64,000 nt of DNA from Camelus ferus (Eukaryota). The notes below the pieces were generated by a model, which did not search any database, had not been told where the DNA came from, and saw only the letters and a program-made list of their open reading frames with translations. Numbering within the stretch: position 1 is the stretch's first letter; the number at the start of each line of letters is the position of its first letter. The translations under genes were made by a program, and so were the position numbers. The stretch spans positions 9,488,001 to 9,552,000 of the forward strand of contig NC_045697.1 in assembly GCF_009834535.1 (NCBI RefSeq), read 5' to 3'. This document shows positions 62,782 to 64,000 of this stretch, piece by piece.

Positions 62782-63249
62782 TTCTAGACAAATGCTATCT
62801 TGACCATGTACCTCTTAACACATAGACTCAGGAACTAAACCATAGGTTCCATCACACTGTATCACATGCTCCAGCATTACATGGCAAAATTCTAAAGCAC
62901 TTTAAGTGTCTAACCCACCAAAGTCATCAGGACAGAGGGCAGGTGTGGGCTGCACAAGTGGCAGGGAACAAAATAAGCAGCTCTGAGATCAAGCCCACAT
63001 TTGCTCACTTTCCAGGCTCAGTTTTCTCATTTGTAAAATAGAGGAGTCCCTAACTTAGGAAATAGTTACATCGATTGAATAAGGGAATATAGACAGCGTC
63101 TTTTGCAGAACCCTAGGGGAGTTTTGCAGAAGCCTATATGGCTTTTGATAAATGTGAGCATTTTTATCAATTTACTCTATTAAATAACTGAACCCATTTA
63201 AAAATATAAGTGAAAGTGAACCATGTTTATGCTCCTTCCCAAAGTTTAA

Positions 63250-63535
63250 GATAAATTTTCTTTCCTGCCCAAAATAAAAGAAAACAAAATCTTCACAGTA
63301 TGCTGAAGTAGGGGTAAAATAACATGGTGCTTTGAAATTTTTCACAAAGAAAGAGAAAAGGGGAAATCAGAATAGATAAAGTAAATGTGACAAACGCCTA
63401 GCAACTGTAGAATTTATTGGTATATGAAGCTCTATTGTAACCATAGTTCTAAATTATTCCAAATAATTAGAAATCTTATACTAGTAATTTTTCCACTTTT
63501 TTGTATTTTTGAAATTTTTCATAATGAAAAGTTTT
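63250..63535 (+). mobile_element. L1ME-type 3' end
   Basis: 'gtaaatgtgacaaacg...tttttgtatttttgaaatttttcataatgaaaagtt'. Confidence 0.6.
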
Positions 63536-64000
63536 TTTTTATTATTCAGAAATAAAATAACACAGTATTGACTATGTCACAGTCAGATATGTAGGCAACA
63601 TTCAAATAAAATTAGTTTTTAAGAGAATCCAGGAAATTTATAGAAGAGTTAGGGGAGCGATTTGTGCACAGAGTTCACAGAAGGGAAAAAACTTTAAAAG
63701 AAGTCACCTAATAAACCTAGTTCTTTGTCCATTTTGGTATTCAGTTTGTATTTTCTTGAGAAAGAATGTAAGATAAAACATCTGATCCTTAAGCATCTAA
63801 TACAGCGTGATGTAAAACACAGCGCTGCAGAATTCTGTCTTTGCCTGGAAGTATCTGAGGTCCCCGTATATGAAGGGACATTTGGAGAAATCTCTGCTTT
63901 TGGTCTCAACTCTTACAGGAAGCTTTAGTTTCTCAGAAATGTGGCCTCTTGGAACCACAGGAAACCTTGAGACCTGTTGGTCAATGGTCTCTATACTGTG

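Noticed and set aside
1..64000. CRISPR array, prokaryotic operon or intact autonomous transposon/ERV
   Set aside because: No repeat-spacer array and no long ORFs. All LTRs are solo and all LINEs are truncated or decayed.

Overview
Mammalian genomic DNA that is AT-rich and CpG-depleted, with no CpG island. I could not support any protein-coding exon, functional RNA gene or promoter, so the window looks intergenic or deep-intronic. A tRNA-Ala-derived SINE head of the Vic-1 type and a set of lineage-specific L1 3' ends point to a camelid (camel/alpaca/llama) genome. This is inference from recalled consensus sequences, not a database search. Much of the window is transposon debris: eutherian-wide MIR, L2, L1M/HAL1, MaLR (MLT1) and LTR16 solo LTRs, hAT elements (MER3, MER20, MER33, MER45A, MER63A, MER102, Charlie4-like) and several age classes of younger L1 insertions with visible TSDs. 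All recognisable ORFs in the track are L1 ORF2 remnants. The most interesting structure is retrotransposition mechanics readable in the sequence: a twin-primed 5'-inverted L1 (1769-2827), a tailless tRNA-Ala/SINE retrocopy with a 16-bp TSD (16036-16101), an L1 polyadenylated about 80 nt early (33945-34443), a three-level L1 nest (54836-55800), and an old L1 whose 5' tip is fused to distal ORF2 (11345-13585). Unique DNA holds a 48-bp perfect (TAA)n/(TTA)n palindrome, a 16-bp inverted repeat inside a speculative minus-strand terminal exon (38590-39591) and a few candidate enhancers. I found no convincing new biological system. Repeat family names are from memory, and boundaries of old repeats are approximate.
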